64,000 bases of DNA. Source: an uncultured Gemmatimonadales bacterium (lineage in GTDB: Bacteria > Gemmatimonadota > Gemmatimonadetes > Gemmatimonadales > GWC2-71-9). The first letter of the stretch is position 1, and every line of letters begins with the position of its first letter. The notes below the pieces were generated by a model. It saw only the letters and a list, made by a program, of their open reading frames with translations, did not search any database and was not told where the DNA came from. The translations under genes were made by a program, and so were the position numbers. The stretch spans positions 640,001 through 704,000 of the forward strand of contig CAVSQW010000007.1 of NCBI GenBank assembly GCA_963730185.1. The letters are read 5' to 3'. This document shows positions 61,262 through 64,000 of this stretch, piece after piece.

Positions 61262-62793
61262 GACGAGCTCCCGGGCTGGCGCTCAGATCCCTTGGCCCCG
61301 AGCGAATGGTGGAGCTTCGGGGTACGATCGGGCCGAACGGGTGTCGGAACATGGGCTGGGCGCGAATCGTGCTCAAGAGGGGCCGGGTCGCCGGCCTGGA
61401 ACGCGAGTGGGCTCTCGGGCTCGCTCCCGGCGTCGGCGGGCTCCCCGCCAGCCGACCACAAGACCAGAACGCCGCCGAGTCCCGCCGCCAGCGTGGACGC
61501 GAGAATCGCCAGCTTCGTCGCTTCGAGAGTCGGCCCCTGGAAGGCGAGCTTGGCGATGAAGAGCGCAACGGTGAAACCGATGCCGGCGAGCACCGAGACG
61601 CCGGCGACGTGCCGCCAGGTGAGCGAGGCCGGAAGGTGGACCAGATCGAGGCGCACCCCGATCCAGCAGGCAGCGAGCACCCCGATCGGCTTGCCGAGGA
61701 CGAGTCCCGCAGCCACCCCGCGGGCGGCTGGGTTCTGGATTGCCGGCCCGAGGGTCGCGGGTGAGACGACCGCGCCAGCGGTGGCCAGGGCGAAGAGGGG
61801 GAGCACCACGTAGCTCACCCAGGGACGGAGCCGGCGGCCGAGCCGCTCGGAAAGCGGCTCAGACCCGGTCACCATTGCTTCCAGGCCACCCAGAACCACT
61901 GCTCGGCGCCGAGTGTCGGCTCGGTCGAGCCCGGTCAACGCCGATCGGGCCATCGGGACGACTTCGCCCGGGTCGAAGAGCGACCGGGTCGGGATCAGCA
62001 GGCCGAGTGCGACCCCAGCGACTACGGGGTTGATTCCCGCGGCGAGCGTGGCGATCCAGAGTGCCAGCCCGAGGATCACGTAGAGGCTCAGGAGGCGAGG
62101 GCCGGTCCGAGCCAGGAGGCCGGCGGCGCCGATCAGGACGACGGCAACGCCGAGCCAGGGGAGGGATACGCGGCTGCCATAGAAGACGGCGATAAGCAGC
62201 ACCCCGCCTATGCTGTCCGCCGCCGCAAACCCGAGCAGAAGCGCCTTGAGGGCCTGCGGGACCCGGTTCCCCAGCAGCAGCAACACTGCGAGGGAGAAGG
62301 GCACGTCGGTTGCGACCGGGATCCCAAAGCCGGCTCGCAGGGGCCCATCTCCGGAGACCAGCAGGTAGAGCGCGGCAGGGATCAGCATTCCGCCGACGGC
62401 CGCGAGCAGTGGAAGCGCCGCTCGTTTGGGGCTGTCGAGATGGCCATCCTGGACTTCGTGGCGGATATCGAGGCCCAGAGTCAGGAAGAAGAGCGGTAAC
62501 GCCGCCACGTCGATCACCCGGCGGAGGGTGACGACGGCGGTCAGCGAGCCGATCCCGACCGTGAGCGACGTGTTCCAGAGCGCGGCGTAGCTGGCTGCCC
62601 AAGGAGAGTTGGCCCAGACGAGCGCGACGGTGGCGGCGCCGATGATGGGGACGCCGGCCGTCTCCGCGATCCGGATCCGCCGGGCGATCGGCACGCTGAC
62701 CGCTCGGGTGAAGATCGAGCGCTCGGCTCGGCGCGCCAGCCTGCCGCCGATCCGGCCCGGGAGATCAAGGCCCACCTCCCGCACCCGGCTCAC
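61258..62793 (-). CDS. nhaA: NhaA-family Na+/H+ antiporter, degenerate ion-binding motif
   Basis: ALVWANSP; AAVGGMLIPA; GIPVATDVPF; LGKPIG; LAGIGFTVALFI. The canonical DD is DS here. Confidence 0.85.
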   Translation of the reverse strand: MSRVREVGLDLPGRIGGRLARRAERSIFTRAVSVPIARRIRIAETAGVPIIGAATVALVWANSPWAASYAALWNTSLTVGIGSLTAVVTLRRVIDVAALPLFFLTLGLDIRHEVQDGHLDSPKRAALPLLAAVGGMLIPAALYLLVSGDGPLRAGFGIPVATDVPFSLAVLLLLGNRVPQALKALLLGFAAADSIGGVLLIAVFYGSRVSLPWLGVAVVLIGAAGLLARTGPRLLSLYVILGLALWIATLAAGINPVVAGVALGLLIPTRSLFDPGEVVPMARSALTGLDRADTRRRAVVLGGLEAMVTGSEPLSERLGRRLRPWVSYVVLPLFALATAGAVVSPATLGPAIQNPAARGVAAGLVLGKPIGVLAACWIGVRLDLVHLPASLTWRHVAGVSVLAGIGFTVALFIAKLAFQGPTLEATKLAILASTLAAGLGGVLVLWSAGGEPADAGSEPESPLAFQAGDPAPLEHDSRPAHVPTPVRPDRTPKLHHSLGAKGSERQPGSSS

Positions 62794-62797
62794 CCTG

Positions 62798-63901
62798 TCA
62801 TCCGCCTTCGACGCGGAATCGGAGCCGGGCCCCCACGCCCCCGCCGGCCGTTGCGAGCCGGTTGGCTGCCGGCCCGGTCACTTCGAGGCACTCGGCCTGT
62901 TGGGCCAGCGCTTCGACGACGAGGACGTCGGTCCGGTCACCGTGTTCCCGCCGATAGCCATCGGTGAAGACGAGGAGGCCAACCCGCCGTTCCCTGAGGG
63001 CCCGGGCCACGGCGGTCTCGCCCAGGCAGGCGTCGCCGCCACTGCCGGCCGCATCGATGAGCAGGTCGGTCGTTCTTGCCTGGCGTGTCTCCGCCCATTC
63101 CGCCCCGGCCCGGTCCAGCGCGTCTCGGAGCTCCGCGTCAGTGAGGTCGAGGCTGAGCTCCGGCCGCTCCCAGCGACGGGTCGACTCGAGGCCCTCCTCG
63201 AGCGACCGGCCCAGCGATGCCACAGCTTCGGGCGTGCCACCCATCACCACCAGTCCATGATCCCCGGCCGCGGCGTGGACCTCGTCCCGGACCCGGCTCA
63301 TAAGACGATCCCGTTCGACGGCCAGGTAGGTCTGGGCCTGGTCGGTCCCGGTCAGGCCACGCCGCCCGGTCGCTTCCACAGCTCGCTTCGAGCTACTGAC
63401 GTCAGTCAGGTCGCCGAGGATCGTGTCGGCCTGCAACCGATCGATGTCGTCGAACGAGCCCGCCCGGTAGCGGACGATCCGGGCTCGTCTCGCATCGACG
63501 AAGACGCCGACGACCGGGCGGGCTCGCTCGAGCACCTGCAGATAGGGTGCGATCCTGGGGCCTCGACCCCAGCGGACCAGGTTCGACATCCGGACAGGGA
63601 GATCCTCGGCGTGAATCACCTTCTCGGCGGTCGCGAAACCGACCCAGCCCCGGCCCCGAAGAAAGCCATTCGGATCGGGAGCGAGCGACTCGTTGAGGTG
63701 GGTCCGGGCTGCGGCCAGCAGGCGTCCCTCGGCTGTGGACAGGTGTTCAGCCGCGGCTCGGATCCCGTTGGCGAGCACCACCCTCCATCGCTCCCGCTCG
63801 CCGAAGTCACGCTGATCGGCGTCGAGGTACACGGTCAGCATTGGGGTGTCGTGGTACCACCGGTAGTGACTCTGAAGTTGATCCAGCGTGAGCATGAGCA
63901 T
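62798..63901 (-). CDS. Bacterial eRF1/aeRF1-like (baeRF) domain protein
   Basis: MLTVYLDAD; VDARRARI; GLVVMGG; GGGVGARLRF C-terminal eRF1 domain-3 signature; GAGGA RBS. Confidence 0.75.
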   Translation of the reverse strand: MLMLTLDQLQSHYRWYHDTPMLTVYLDADQRDFGERERWRVVLANGIRAAAEHLSTAEGRLLAAARTHLNESLAPDPNGFLRGRGWVGFATAEKVIHAEDLPVRMSNLVRWGRGPRIAPYLQVLERARPVVGVFVDARRARIVRYRAGSFDDIDRLQADTILGDLTDVSSSKRAVEATGRRGLTGTDQAQTYLAVERDRLMSRVRDEVHAAAGDHGLVVMGGTPEAVASLGRSLEEGLESTRRWERPELSLDLTDAELRDALDRAGAEWAETRQARTTDLLIDAAGSGGDACLGETAVARALRERRVGLLVFTDGYRREHGDRTDVLVVEALAQQAECLEVTGPAANRLATAGGGVGARLRFRVEGG

Positions 63902-63943
63902 TCCTCGTTGACGACGGGCCTAGCGTCATATCACCGCTCACGC

Positions 63944-63959
63944 GGCAAGCTTCACGCCT
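63944..63959 (-). promoter_or_regulatory. Putative sigma54 promoter of baeRF-nhaA-regulator operon
   Basis: Minus strand AGGCGTGAAGCTTGCC, GG-N10-GC with TTGC, about 45 bp before ATG 63901. Confidence 0.55.
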
Positions 63960-64000
63960 CGGAGGTGGCGGGTCCCGTCTCTTCCCCGTCGTCGGGCCCA

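Overview
Very GC-rich bacterial chromosomal window. The gene content points to Gemmatimonadota or a similar lineage: tandem Hanks kinases, SusC/SusD, a barrel-less TonB-plug protein, an acidobacterial-type PadR and an ADOP-type permease. I recognised no rRNA, tRNA, CRISPR array or transposase. The first ~24 kb carries many single-base frameshifts, most likely long-read consensus errors. In order, the window holds: two Ser/Thr kinase-type genes (one fused to an alpha/beta-hydrolase); an ECF sigma / zinc-finger anti-sigma / lipoprotein TPR-CHAT protease module followed by two secreted proteins; a tandem cupredoxin; a creatininase-KPR-SDR-M20-APC catabolic operon; mgtE, DUF2156, an ABC permease, a Rieske protein and an XRE regulator; a binding protein + HK + sigma54 activator; SusC/SusD/plug/di-haem genes; an operon of three paralogous secreted 4-Cys proteins plus a CARDB-like protein; PadR; a propeller HK/NarL pair; a polypurine VNTR; a metalloprotease-PD40-Omp85 fusion; a TPR lipoprotein behind a complete sigma54 enhancer/IHF/promoter; small stress-type proteins; a Rieske/cyt bc + caa3-type oxidase operon; an HK/sigma54 pair; a degenerate NhaA; and an eRF1-like protein. 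The best candidates for undescribed biology are the triple Cys-rich secreted paralog operon, the oxidase subunit I lacking both canonical proton-channel residues, and the ECF/anti-sigma/exported CHAT module with a repeated promoter motif.
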